Origin: Octopus sinensis
Taxonomy: Eukaryota
Reading direction: 5' to 3'
NCBI RefSeq assembly: GCF_006345805.1
Contig: NC_043000.1
Location: 94,116,001 to 94,180,000 of the forward strand
Length of the DNA: 64,000 nucleotides
In this document: piece by piece, positions 12,536 to 24,275 of the stretch
Layout of the letters: the number at the start of each line of letters is the position of its first letter
Position numbering within the stretch: position 1 is the stretch's first letter
Notes under the pieces: generated by a model
The model's input: only the letters and a program-made list of their open reading frames with translations
What the model was told of the DNA's origin: nothing
Databases searched by the model: none
Program-made: the position numbers and the translations under genes

Positions 12536-13235
12536 GATACGGATGCTGTTGCTGCTGTTAGCACTGCACTGCTGATATGGTAAATGCCATGCCGTTCTTA
12601 CATTGAAAATCGCATCTACAGCACCACCGCCATCACCATTGCTATCATCATTTACATCATCTTCCTTCCTCCTGTTCCTCCTACTTCTCCTCCTCCTCCT
12701 CATCATCATTATCATCATCGTCAACATTATTACTATTTTCCTTCATCCCCACTTGTACGCATTCACTTATATTTTTACTTCCTTCATTGTTACAATAATC
12801 CCGGTTGTATCCGGGTTCCTTGATTGGTCCTATGAGCTAGTATCACTGTTTGAACAGTGTATTTCCGCCTTTTTGAATAGCAGTATTTTCCACACTTATA
12901 TATTTTAATTAATCTCTTCTGCAAATCACCCACGAACATTAAAATTTTTCTTTGCAATATTCCTTTAATGGGCACCTTTACGGTAAACAATAGAAATTAT
13001 TACTCATTTTACAATAACATATCAATTCATTCCTAATATGATCTGTTAGATTCGAACGTAAATATGCTTATCGTTGATGTTTACTCCATCGCTGAATAAT
13101 TTGGCTAAATCCTGACTGTCATCATATAGTATTTGTCATATGAATCAATGGCTGATTCAATAAAATGCTAATGTGAAAATTGTAAAATAACGAAGACAGC
13201 TATAGGCAATATAAAAACAAAAAGGGTAAAATCGA

Positions 13236-13479
13236 TTGTTACTAATTTTAACTGAGGGTACCGGGTAGTACCTATACTGCTATAAGCAACAGTAGTAACT
13301 ATTGATGACCTTGTAATTTTCAGGCGAAGATACTTTAGTATAGTGATATATCTTCGCAGTGGGACGGTATCTCCCCTCTCAGTAAATGAAAATGCGCTTT
13401 CTTGCGGCTCTAAGGGTTTATGGCTCTTGTCTCTAGCAGTATAGATGCCACCAGGCACCCTTGTCACAATTATTGACAA
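13236..13479. mobile_element. Degenerate MITE-like element with ~55-60 bp terminal inverted repeats
   Basis: The left end TTGTTACTAATTTTAACTGAGGGTACCGGGTAGTACCTATACTGCTA is an imperfect reverse complement of the right end TAGCAGTATAGATGCCACCAGGCACCCTTGTCACAATTATTGACAA. Confidence 0.55.
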
Positions 13480-13564
13480 GTGAAGGTTTTCCTTTTTCGT
13501 TTTATATTGCGCATAGCTACTTTCGTGATTATATATAATGATAGCCAGGATTTAGCGAAACCAT

Positions 13565-13767
13565 TCAGCGACGTAGTAGTTACTATTGATGAACTTGTAA
13601 TTTTTCAGACGAGATTAGTCTAGTATAGTGATCTAGTGTCGCTGTGGAGCGGTTATCTCCCCTGTCAGTATACGAAAACGAGCTTTCTTGCGCATATAAG
13701 TATTTTTGGGTCTTGTTTCTAACAATTTAGTTGATACCAGGCACCTTCAGTTACAATTAGTGACAGT
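13565..13767. mobile_element. Second, left-truncated copy of the same MITE-like element
   Basis: Colinear with ~13285-13479 (CTATTGATGA.CTTGTAATTTT..AG, TAGTATAGTGAT, ATCTCCCCT.TCAGTA, GCTTTCTTGCG, CCAGGCACC). Confidence 0.6.
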
Positions 13768-13911
13768 TATGTGTGTATATATACATATATATATTATATA
13801 TATATATATATATTATATATATATAATATATATATATATGACTGTCTGAATATATGTATGTAAAGATATATATATATATATATATGTGTGTGTGGTGTGT
13901 GTGTGTGTGTG

Positions 13912-13985
<74 letters not shown>

Positions 13986-14039
13986 GCATATATACATACA
14001 TATATGTACATAACTACATCTGTATGTATATATACATGC

Positions 14040-14396
14040 ATATATGAGTACACGACATCAAAAAACGTTGAACACAATGAGAAACGAAAACATAAAAACA
14101 AAAACATGGAAACGACCTTTTTTTCAAACAACGAAAAAACAGAGTACAAGACATACAACACACAGAATATTTCCCTTCTTCACTTGTCCCTGTTTCGTCT
14201 ACTCCGCGTTTCAAAGGCAAGGACAAATAGATCGTTAGCAACTACACACATCTTTTTTCTCTCCTTGTTTTTTCTATGTACCTTTCTGCAGAAGAGCGTG
14301 GGCTCGAAACGTAAAAAGCTTTTTCTATTCGTGAGCGCTATACTAATACATCTGTTTATCTGTACACCATCTGCCTTCGTCTTTTCGTAAACTTTC

Positions 14397-14400
<4 letters not shown>
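14040..14400 (+). mobile_element. Penelope-like pLTR / non-autonomous element between (TA)n tracts, with a decayed hammerhead
   Basis: Flanked by (TA)n on both sides; contains CTTT-CTGCAGA-A-GAGC-GTGG-GCTC-GAAA-CG-TA-AAAAG at 14282-14318. Confidence 0.55.
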
Positions 14401-14458
<58 letters not shown>

Positions 14459-14739
14459 TATATATATTTAAACACACACAGTTATATATTCTTATGAAAG
14501 CATTTGTGATACTTCATATGCAGACATTAACAAAAATCGGGACAGGAATGAGAGCAGTCAGGACACCGATTCCAGACGGAGCCAATTGCTTACGTAGATA
14601 CAACTGAAAAGGTATGTAGGTAAGTCGGGTTGAAGCTTACAAACTGTTAATGATATTTGATTCAAGAGGGCAATCTATTTGGTTTCTTCTAATGCCACTG
14701 ATAGCGCTGAAATCTAACTGCTGCTGCTACCACTACTAC

Positions 14740-14813
<74 letters not shown>

Positions 14814-15335
14814 TTATGGCTGCTGCTGCTATTGCTGTAATCAAATATTGTTACTCTACAGTTTCGAGGAGACTACTTTTGTCTGCTTCAGCATTGATCA
14901 ATTTCGAGTGTATAAACTCATGAAGATATATGCATAAGTATACATACATACATGCATACATACATACATAATACATAAACTATAAATGCATACATACATG
15001 CACATACATACACAATCAGGCACACACACATAAGTATATGCATATGAATATGTATGTATATGCATATGAATATATAAGTGTATGCATATATTATATGTAC
15101 ATGAATATGTAAGTATATGCATATATTTTAACAGACATGGGTATCTGTTAAAATATATATGCTTAAATATTGTTTGTGTATGTTTGTATATACATATCTA
15201 TACATATAAATTTGAGATGGGCGATTCTTCCTTGTCTTGGGATTCACGGTCAAACGGCTGGGTGGAATTGCGCAAAAAATTACACAGATGTGTAGTATAA
15301 TCTGGTGGTGATGCAGGGACTTTGCATTTTTTCAA

Positions 15336-15556
15336 AGCTCCCATGGTTAGCGAGATAATCTACTACAATAATACTTTTGTGTATAGAAATGAGAAAGGAT
15401 CGGATGACAGATGAATAAGGAAGGAAGAGGTGTTGTCATATTTTTACATAGCTCCCATGGTTACCGAAATAATCTACTATAATAATAATCTTGTGTCTAT
15501 AAATGAGAAAGGAAGGAGTGATAGATAAATAAGGAAGGAAGGGGTGATGTCATACA
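15336..15556. repeat. Two diverged tandem copies of a ~114 bp unit
   Basis: AGCTCCCATGGTTA.CGA.ATAATCTACTA starts at both 15336 and 15450. Confidence 0.85.
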
Positions 15557-16025
15557 TGGTAGTGGGATAATGAAAATTGTACGCTGAAAGAATAAATCAA
15601 ACAGCATTTCAATTCTGTGTGAATATGTGTATATGTAAAAGGAGATATGTCAATGTGTGTGTGTGTGTGTGTGTGCGTGTGTGTGTATGTGTGTGATTAT
15701 GTGTGAGTTTGTGTGTGTGCACGCGCAATGGAAGTGGGATGGTTCATCTTTGTTCGCTTAGTATTTGGGTTTATTTCTTTCTTTGGTTGAATCTTGGTTG
15801 TTGTCTTTCTTTTGTTGTTGGTCAGTTATTTTTAACGTTTTGACAGAAAAAGTCCTTCTAAAATTGTTTTTTTAACGTAAGCGTGCTCAAATAAGTCGAA
15901 TGTTTACACAGAGAAGGTTTTACAGCCACATCATCCAAAGCGACCGGGTGAAACCGGGCTTAGCTGCTAGTTATCCATATAAATATATACGTATATATGA
16001 GTATACTTTTATCTATATGTACATG

Positions 16026-16107
<82 letters not shown>

Positions 16108-16125
16108 TATATATATATATATATG

Positions 16126-16163
<38 letters not shown>

Positions 16164-16171
<8 letters not shown>

Positions 16172-16438
16172 GATATTAGCCAACCGAATATGGCTAGGGA
16201 CAGGGCAGGGTGGTGGGGGTGTCACTGTTGCATTTAGCCCCAGGCGAACATCAACGTCACCAGATAGGCCTGACGTCATCACGACGTCCTTTATCTTGCA
16301 AAGGGAGATAAAGGACGTCGTGATGACGTCAGGCCTATCTGGTGACGTTGATGTTCGCCTGGGGCTAAATGCAACAGTGACACCCCCACCACCCTGCCCT
16401 GTCCCTAGCCATATTCGGTTGGCTAATATCCCTTATAT
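16164..16438. mobile_element. Perfect palindrome (133-bp arms, 9-nt spacer); foldback/MITE-like
   Basis: 16164-16296 is the exact reverse complement of 16306-16438, with spacer TGCAAAGGG. Ends read TATA|AGGG...CCCT|TATA. Confidence 0.8.
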
Positions 16439-16483
16439 TACGGAGAAGTCACTGTCTATAACTCATTTAGAGAATTATTATTG

Positions 16484-16519
<36 letters not shown>

Positions 16520-16526
16520 ATAGATA

Positions 16527-17322
16527 TGTTTCTTTATTAGCCACACAGGGCTGCACACAGATAGGACAAATTACAAGGTAGAGCTTTTCTTTTGAAGGTT
16601 TAAAAAAAAAAAAAAAAAAAAGGAAGGGGGAGTTTCGATCAAAAGGGATCGTAAAAGGAGAGAAAGAGGACAAAAAAAGGGGGGTTAAAAAAAAAAAAAA
16701 GGGGGAGAGGAAAAAAAATTGATCAATAGGGATCGTTATCACAGAAATGTCAATATGAAGTGTAAAGGGGAGGACAGGTGAGGTTTACCCGTGGAAAGAA
16801 AAGCCTACGGAAAAGACCACGGTAACCTCGGTCAATGAAGTCACATTTTATATTTCTTTTTTTTTTTTTTTTTTTTTTTTGCAAATAAGCAACTCTCTGT
16901 TTTCGATTTCTGGGTTCATAGGACTATGCTCAAGGTGGCTTCGTCATTCATACGTGCCATTCTTGCTACATTCACCCATCTTTTTTTAAAACATTCGCTA
17001 GACAAAACTTGCCTCTCTACTCTCACTTTCCTTTTCAAGTGGTACTTGAAGAAGTTGATGAGAGATTGACCAGAGAGGAAAGTGTTGTCTCCAATCCTTT
17101 CAGACGCGTCCACCAGATACATTCTTTCGCCATAGCCACAAGGATGATGAAAATAGCTCTTCCTTCCCGTTTGAAGGAAGGAGGCGTGACAATATTGACG
17201 ATAGACTCAGCTGATAAACCGACTCGTCCCACACGTGACAGCAGTTGTTCGACATAAGCCCACAGGTCGGAAATTGTTGGACACTGAACGAGTGCGTGCA
17301 GAACGGTTTCGTCGCTCTGACC
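16527..17322 (-). mobile_element. 5'-truncated Tx1/L1-clade LINE (ORF2 C-terminus + 3'UTR), sister family of 6444-12293
   Basis: Translates to DETVLHALVQCPTISDLW...MAKECIWWTRLKGL...LINFFKYHLKRKVRVERQVL...RWVNVARMA*. The 3' end is GGCTAATAAAGAGAACA. GATA units flank both sides. Confidence 0.9.
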
Positions 17323-17337
17323 AGATAGATAGATAGG

Positions 17338-17380
<43 letters not shown>

Positions 17381-17417
17381 TAATATAAGTATATATATAT
17401 ATATATTATATATATAT

Positions 17418-17470
<53 letters not shown>

Positions 17471-17531
17471 TTACATATATATATATGTATACAGGTATAT
17501 ACATACATACTTACACGCATACATATATATA

Positions 17532-17752
17532 TATTCTTTTATTCTTTTACTTGTTTCAGTCATTTGACTGCAACCATGCTGGAGCACCGCCTTTACTCGA
17601 ACACATCGATCCCAGAACTTATTCTTTGTACCTTATTCTATCTTCTCTTTTGCTGAACCGCTATTTTACGGGAATGTAAACACATCAGCATTGGTTGTCA
17701 AGCGATGTTGGGTGGGGACAAACACAGACGTACAAACATACACACACACACA

Positions 17753-17793
<41 letters not shown>

Positions 17794-17810
17794 ACACACA
17801 CATATATATA

Positions 17811-17849
<39 letters not shown>

Positions 17850-17985
17850 TACCACGGGCCTCTTTCTGTTAGTCGGCCCGAGGCAATAGTAGAAGACACT
17901 TGTCGAAGGTGCTACGCCGTTGGGCCGAACCCGGAACCATGTCGTTGGTAAGTGAGTTACTTACCACACAGTCACTCCTGCGCCC
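17532..17985 (-). mobile_element. SINE family A, near full length with internal (CA)n(TA)n
   Basis: Head GCAGGAGTGACTGTGTGGTAAG and tail (TAAAAGAA)2, both on the reverse complement. Confidence 0.85.
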
Positions 17986-18029
17986 ATATATATATATATA
18001 TATATATAATATATATATTATATATATAT

Positions 18030-18166
18030 CATATCTCTATCATTCTTCATATACTTTTTACGGATGGTGCAGCATCGTTCATGAAGCTAACACAGATTAC
18101 GAAACAGCTGTCAACTAATGGGATAAACATCTAGTCTTTCATTTCCCTTCTTTTGTTTGGTCAAGT

Positions 18167-18168
<2 letters not shown>
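18030..18168 (+). mobile_element. ~140 bp (TA)n-embedded element with a decayed hammerhead
   Basis: GTTCATGAAG...TTAC-GAAAC-AGCT-GTC-AAC at 18077-18115; (TA)n on both sides. Confidence 0.45.
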
Positions 18169-18203
<35 letters not shown>

Positions 18204-18384
18204 ATATGTGTGTTTGTGCGTGTGTGTGCGTGTACAATGTATGTAAAATAAACAAGCACACATATTTACTTCAGTAAATATTGATTTTTCGCGTGGTCTT
18301 TTAGCGTGTTTCTTATCTTCTGTATCTAATAGTTGTTTTTATTAATTTTTATTGTATATTTGGTTTGTTTGTGAATTTACAATT

Positions 18385-18395
18385 ATTGTTATTTC

Positions 18396-18475
<80 letters not shown>

Positions 18476-18714
18476 CATCATCATTATCGTTGTCATTATT
18501 GTTTATATTATTGGTATTAATAGCAGTATTAGTATTAGTGGCGGTAGTAATAATTGTCGCTGTTGTTGTTTTGTTGGTGTTGTAACTGTGTTAGTAGTTG
18601 GTGTTGTTCTACTAACATAAATGTCCTTTCATCTTTAACTGTATCGAGGATCGTAAACAGTTTGATCGTGTTAATCAATAGCAGATGAAAACAATTTTCA
18701 AACTTCTACAACTT

Positions 18715-18813
<99 letters not shown>

Positions 18814-18852
18814 GTAGTAGTAGTAGTAGTAATAATAGTAATAATGATGATG

Positions 18853-18915
<63 letters not shown>

Positions 18916-19011
18916 TAATAATAATAATCCTTTCTACTTATGACGATGATGATGACAAGGACGACGACAGCAATAATGTCGACGACGACGACGTTGATGC
19001 TAATGATGACG

Positions 19012-19045
<34 letters not shown>
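18385..19045. repeat. Compound (ATT)n, (CTA)n, (ATA)n, (GTA)n, (GAT)n microsatellites
   Basis: Read directly. Confidence 0.9.
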
Positions 19046-19046
<1 letters not shown>

Positions 19047-19139
19047 AGATGGAAAAAAGAACTGTAACGACACTGCCAACAACATCAGGAGTAACCGCAG
19101 GAGAAACACTACCATCAACAAGAACGATACAAGCATGAC

Positions 19140-19830
19140 AACATCGACATGAAGAAAACTACCGACAATCTACAGAGCCTTACATCTACAGGCAGAAGAT
19201 GACAGCGAAAGATTGTCCTTCAAGAGAGAAGGTGGAAAGAAAGATTTATAAGTGTAGCAGATTTTGTCAAATTAGAGTTAGAATGTTTAACGATTTATTT
19301 GCAGAATGTGACGCGTCACATTTGTTCTGTGTATGAGAGAATTGGTGATGCTAGCTGGAGGACCAAAATGAAATATTAAGACCTCGGTGCTACAAGGCAA
19401 CGATACTAACAGAAAATTTACACTGAAAGTTCTAAGATGTCTTTGTTTTTATTGTCTTAAATATTGAAGGCTATCGAGATCAGACATCATTTCAGTGGTT
19501 AAAGAAATGGGACTTTGAAGAAAAAGAAACGAACCCCGATCTTTGCTGCACAGTGTCAAGCATGCAGAAGAGGATGCATACGGAAGAGTATTGATAGGTG
19601 CCTATGGTCTTTCAATGTAAAATGGTCGCTCAGAGAGTTTATAATAGCTGTAGACATGACAAAATTGCTCCAATCACACGTTGGTGAATCTGGGAAAATG
19701 TTGTATTGCAACATAAGAAAATGGTAAAACCGTAGAATGGAACATGTCCTTAAAAACCATGTAAATGAAGTATGAGTTATAAAAATCTTGCTCTTCACTT
19801 GACCTATCATTGCAGCTTCGTCAAAGAGAC
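19140..19830 (+). mobile_element. Decayed R4/Dong-like non-LTR fragment (RT thumb to CCHC/RLE start)
   Basis: Frameshifted translation RKLPTIYRALHLQAEDDSERL...REGG..LISVADFV; FQWLKK...IFAAQCQA; RHDKIA...QHKKW.N...EHVL. This matches the R4-type ALHP..DVDRLY..RKEGGRGL / QWL..G.L..ETE..I.AAQ.QAL pattern. Confidence 0.6.
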
Positions 19831-20519
19831 GAGCTATAGGAAGATGTGCCTAACAAATAGCAACTACATTTTAATATGCAGGAATCCTACCAAGAGCTGC
19901 AGCCTCATTACACAACTGAGAATCTTCAGCTACCACATACTGAGCCCTCGGCACAGAGGGTATTGTTGACCAGATAATTTTTTTTCCTTTTCACAAGAAG
20001 CAGAAAAAAAAACATATTTCACTTTTCGCAAGCGTGCTTGAAATAATGGTCTTGTTGATGCCTATTACTTCTATGCCTAATGATTTGAGATCGATGAGTA
20101 ATTAAGCTTGCTCCACAGCTTACCTAAGGCTACGTTCATATTCTGAGTACGTTGATATTCATCGGAAGAAAAGAAGAAGATAGGCCATTTGGTCTGATCT
20201 TAGAGCAGATGAACATCAATATGAAGGAGCAGATGTCATCAATGTGAAGGAGTTCTTTGAAAACACTTTTAAAAAGAAGTGTCTTTCTTGTCCTTTGTTC
20301 TGGAATTTCTAATGTTCTACGGAATCTTTTCTTAAGTACTTTGTAGTCGTCTGACGTTTTCAGCCAATGCCTGCCTAAAAGAGTTTTAGGGTCACCTTCC
20401 TTAAAACAGAGGAATAAAAATTAATCTACAGGATATTATTTTCAAAGTTTAACAAGAAAGGAAGTACCCCTTCTATTAGACGTATCAATGTATCAGTTCC
20501 CAACTGATTATATATATAT

Positions 20520-21110
20520 CATCATCATCATCATCGTTTAGCGTCCTTTTTCCATGCTAGCATGGGTTGGACGGTTCTACTGGGGTCTGTGAAGCCAGAA
20601 GGCTTCATCAGGCCCTGTCAAATCTGGCAGTGTTTCTACGGCTGGATGCCCTTCCTAACGCCAACCACTCCTAGAGTGTAGTGGGTGCTTTTTACGTGCC
20701 ACCCGCACAGGTGCCAGACAGAGCTGGCAAACGGCCACGAACGGATGGTGCTTTTTATGTGCCACCGGCACGAGGGCCAGGCGAAGCTGGCAACGGACAC
20801 GAAACGGGGTGGTGCTGGCAACGGTCGTGAAACGGAAGGTTCTCTTACATGCCACCGGCACTGGTAACACATCTGCAATTTCCATTGATCGATTTCCATT
20901 GATCGATTTCGATTCTGATCCTCACTTGCCTCAACGGGTCTTCACAAGTAGAGTTTTGTGTCCCAAGAAGGGAAGGTATGCATACGTAGGCTGGCTCCAT
21001 CCCATGTAGAAGGCCACGGGTTATGGACTCACTGGTCCTGCCGGGTCTTCTCGCGCACAGCACACTTCCAGAGGACTCGGTCTCTAGTCATTTCCTCAGT
21101 GAGACCTCAT
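20520..21110 (-). mobile_element. 5'-truncated RTE-clade LINE (ORF end + 3'UTR + (GAT)n tail)
   Basis: The minus strand gives GLTEEMTRDRVLWKCAVREKTRQDQ*. The RTE-type 3' motif is GGTTGGCGTTAGGAAGGGCATCCAGCCGTA, followed by an (ATG)n tail at 20520-20535. Confidence 0.7.
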
Positions 21111-21268
21111 TTCCTCAGTGATATATACATAATCCCCCGCCATATCGCGGATCATTTATCGCGCACTTAGTACATGGCGGGTTTCTGCGACCAATAGGTA
21201 TTTATAATTTTTAGATTTTAATTATTTTTATGGGAGGTTTTGGAAAGTAACACGCAGGTGTTTTCTGT

Positions 21269-21319
<51 letters not shown>

Positions 21320-21411
21320 CATACATACATACATACATACATACATACATACATACATACATACATACATACATACATGCATGCATACATACATACATAC
21401 ATACATAATAC

Positions 21412-21442
<31 letters not shown>

Positions 21443-21458
21443 CATACGTGCATACATA

Positions 21459-22345
21459 CGGAGTTTGATCAGTAAATATCCGGACTTTTGCCCCAGTGAC
21501 GAAGCTAAAGCATGCAGAATGAAGCAGCTTAGCAGAGATTGATCTCGAACTCTGCTCTGCATGTGCACTTGGTTTAAACGTCTAGGTCACTTCTGCTGTT
21601 AAAAGCAGTGCTTGGAAGGAAGGTGTGTAACGTGTGAATACCGCATTGACCATGACAAAGTTGTCATAAAGATGCCTTCTCAGAGGCCTGCATACAGCTT
21701 CAGAAAATTATGGAGAGGAGTGTATGAACCGGACACAAGTGCACGAGTGTTTCAGAGATTTCCAGGATAGCAGAACAAATGTCGATATTGACGAATGTTC
21801 TGGGAGACCCGCAACCAGTAAATCTCAGGAAAACATCGCAGATGTGCGTGCAGCTCTCAAGGAAAATCGACGAATCACCATCCGTGAGTTATCAGAGGAA
21901 GTGCAGATTAGTTACGGTTTAGTCCAGTTAATTATCACTAAAGATTTGTGTATGAGACGCGTGTCTGCCAAGCTTGTGTCAAAACTGCTTCTAGCTAACC
22001 AAGACGACACTCGAGTTTCAGTTGCACATGATCTTGATTGTGTCGAGGACGATGAAAACTTTTAAAAAACTTTGCATAGGGTACTGAACAGGTATCGCCA
22101 AGCTTTTGGTAAAATTTGATGCAGATTCTCTGCTCAACTTTCTGTCATCATCAGTGTGATAATCACACGCTACATACATTTGTTCGAAGAACTACTGGAA
22201 ACAGCGAAAGTAAGCTAGAACGTTAAAACTTAGGGCACATGCACAAAAGAGTTCAAGGTATATCTGTGCCAAGCTGCTTCATTCTGCTGCATGCTTTAGC
22301 TTCGGTACTGTGGCAACAGTCCGAATACTTACTGATCATACCACA
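21459..22345 (+). mobile_element. Mariner (DD34D-like) deletion derivative with ~85 bp TIRs and HTH-only ORF
   Basis: TIR TA|CGGAGTTTGATCAGTAAATATCCGGAC...GAAGCTAAAGCATGCAGAATGAAGCAGCTT, inverted at ~22260-22345. ORF 21724-22065 reads DIDECSGRPATS...ENRRITIRELSEE...DLCMRRVSAKLVSKLL; no catalytic domain. Confidence 0.85.
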
Positions 22346-22790
22346 TTACACACACACACACACACACACATTGTAAAAATAGAAAGTGCAGAAATGTAAT
22401 CATACTTCAATTGTGCTCAACAGCTGTTTCGTTTGGATAAGTATTATTAATTCCATAATTACATACCTACGATGCATAATTCATTTAATTTGCATTAATT
22501 TAAATTGATTTAAAAGCTCTGTTTGCATAAGTATTCAGTAGTATTGTGGGCTGTGTTCATCAGAAAACCAACAACTTGCTTAAGTACAGTGGAGGGGGGA
22601 GAAATAGCGGGGAAAGCAGATAAATACGCATACAGGCACACACATACTCACATACACTCCCCCCCCCACACACACACACTACACACACATATATCCTTGC
22701 TTTCATTTAGACAAATAGAGAGACTGACAAATAGTTAGACAGAGAGAAAGAGAGAGACAAAGAGGCAGACAGACTAATAGTCAGATACAC

Positions 22791-22873
<83 letters not shown>

Positions 22874-22874
22874 T

Positions 22875-23010
22875 TGGTAGGATTTCAATTTTCTCAGCTG
22901 GGCCTGACCATACGACAGGTCGCGTTGTGTTACATGTTACCAGTAATACTAAGAGCGAACTGACATAACATATACGTATACATAGACAGACAGACATACA
23001 CACAGTCAGT

Positions 23011-23101
<91 letters not shown>

Positions 23102-23240
23102 TCAGAAAGACAGAAAGACAGACAGATAGTTAGACAGAAGGACAGACAAAGTAACAGATAGATAGGGAGATAAATAGATAGATAGAAGGATAGATAGACA
23201 GGCACACAGACTTAAACAGATAGACAGATAAATAGATAGA
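22875..23240. repeat. Dispersed repeat with (GACA)n/(GATA)n tract, copy 1
   Basis: GACCATACGACAGGTCGCGTTGTGTTACAT.TTACCAGTAATA is shared with 25725-25790; both copies run into (GACA)n. Confidence 0.6.
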
Positions 23241-23417
23241 TAGATAACTGACATACAGATAGATTGTTCGTTAGATAGATGGACGTGTTGATCATATTCA
23301 TCCTCCTCACACTTTTCTCTCCACTCACCGCTCAACTGACTACTGACCGCTAATACTCACACGCGTGCTCAAACACATAAGCACACGTACTACCACTCTA
23401 GCACACGCTCATACATT

Positions 23418-23457
<40 letters not shown>

Positions 23458-23749
23458 ATTCGAACACGCTGTCTATTGTCATCCCCGAATTCTCTCTCCG
23501 AATCTGTTACAATCTCCTGTTGTCATCTCTCTTTCTCCACGGAACTTCCGTTATGCGACATGTGCTCTCGTCGAACCGATCGTTAAACCATTCCTGGATG
23601 TCTTGCTACATTGGATTACTTTCACTTTCCAGAACCTACCATCACTATTGGATTTTAACAACACTTTCTCTCGACACGTGTAAATTAACTTTTATAGCAT
23701 TCCTTATTTTTACATGCCTTTAATAATCAATTCTTTTTACTTCCACGTG

Positions 23750-23750
23750 T

Positions 23751-23818
<68 letters not shown>

Positions 23819-23999
23819 GTATATATATTATGTATATATATATATGTATATATATGTATATATATATTATATATATATATATACATATATATATGCATAT
23901 ATATGTATATATATGTATATATATTATATATATATGTATTATATATATGTATGTATATATATATGTATGTATGTATATATATATATATGTATGTATCTA

Positions 24000-24050
<51 letters not shown>

Positions 24051-24119
24051 GGGTGGCTAATTCGCAATTTTACAACCTAAAGGCAGGAACATATACGTCA
24101 CTAAAGTGAACAAGCTGGT

Positions 24120-24163
<44 letters not shown>

Positions 24164-24221
24164 TATATATATATGTATGTATATATATATGTAATAATGT
24201 ATATATATATATATACATATA

Positions 24222-24274
<53 letters not shown>

Positions 24275-24275
24275 T
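23750..24275. repeat. Long (TA)n/(TATG)n microsatellite
   Basis: Read directly; source of the IY/YI ORFs. Confidence 0.9.

Noticed and set aside
13290-13480. snoRNA/scaRNA reading (TTGATGA ... ACA)
   Set aside because: No D box or H box in the proper layout; terminal inverted repeats explain the ends better.
20590-20615. Minus-strand CTGATGA-AGCC-TTCT-GGCT, hammerhead-like
   Set aside because: No GAAA or NUH follows; it lies in an RTE 3'UTR.
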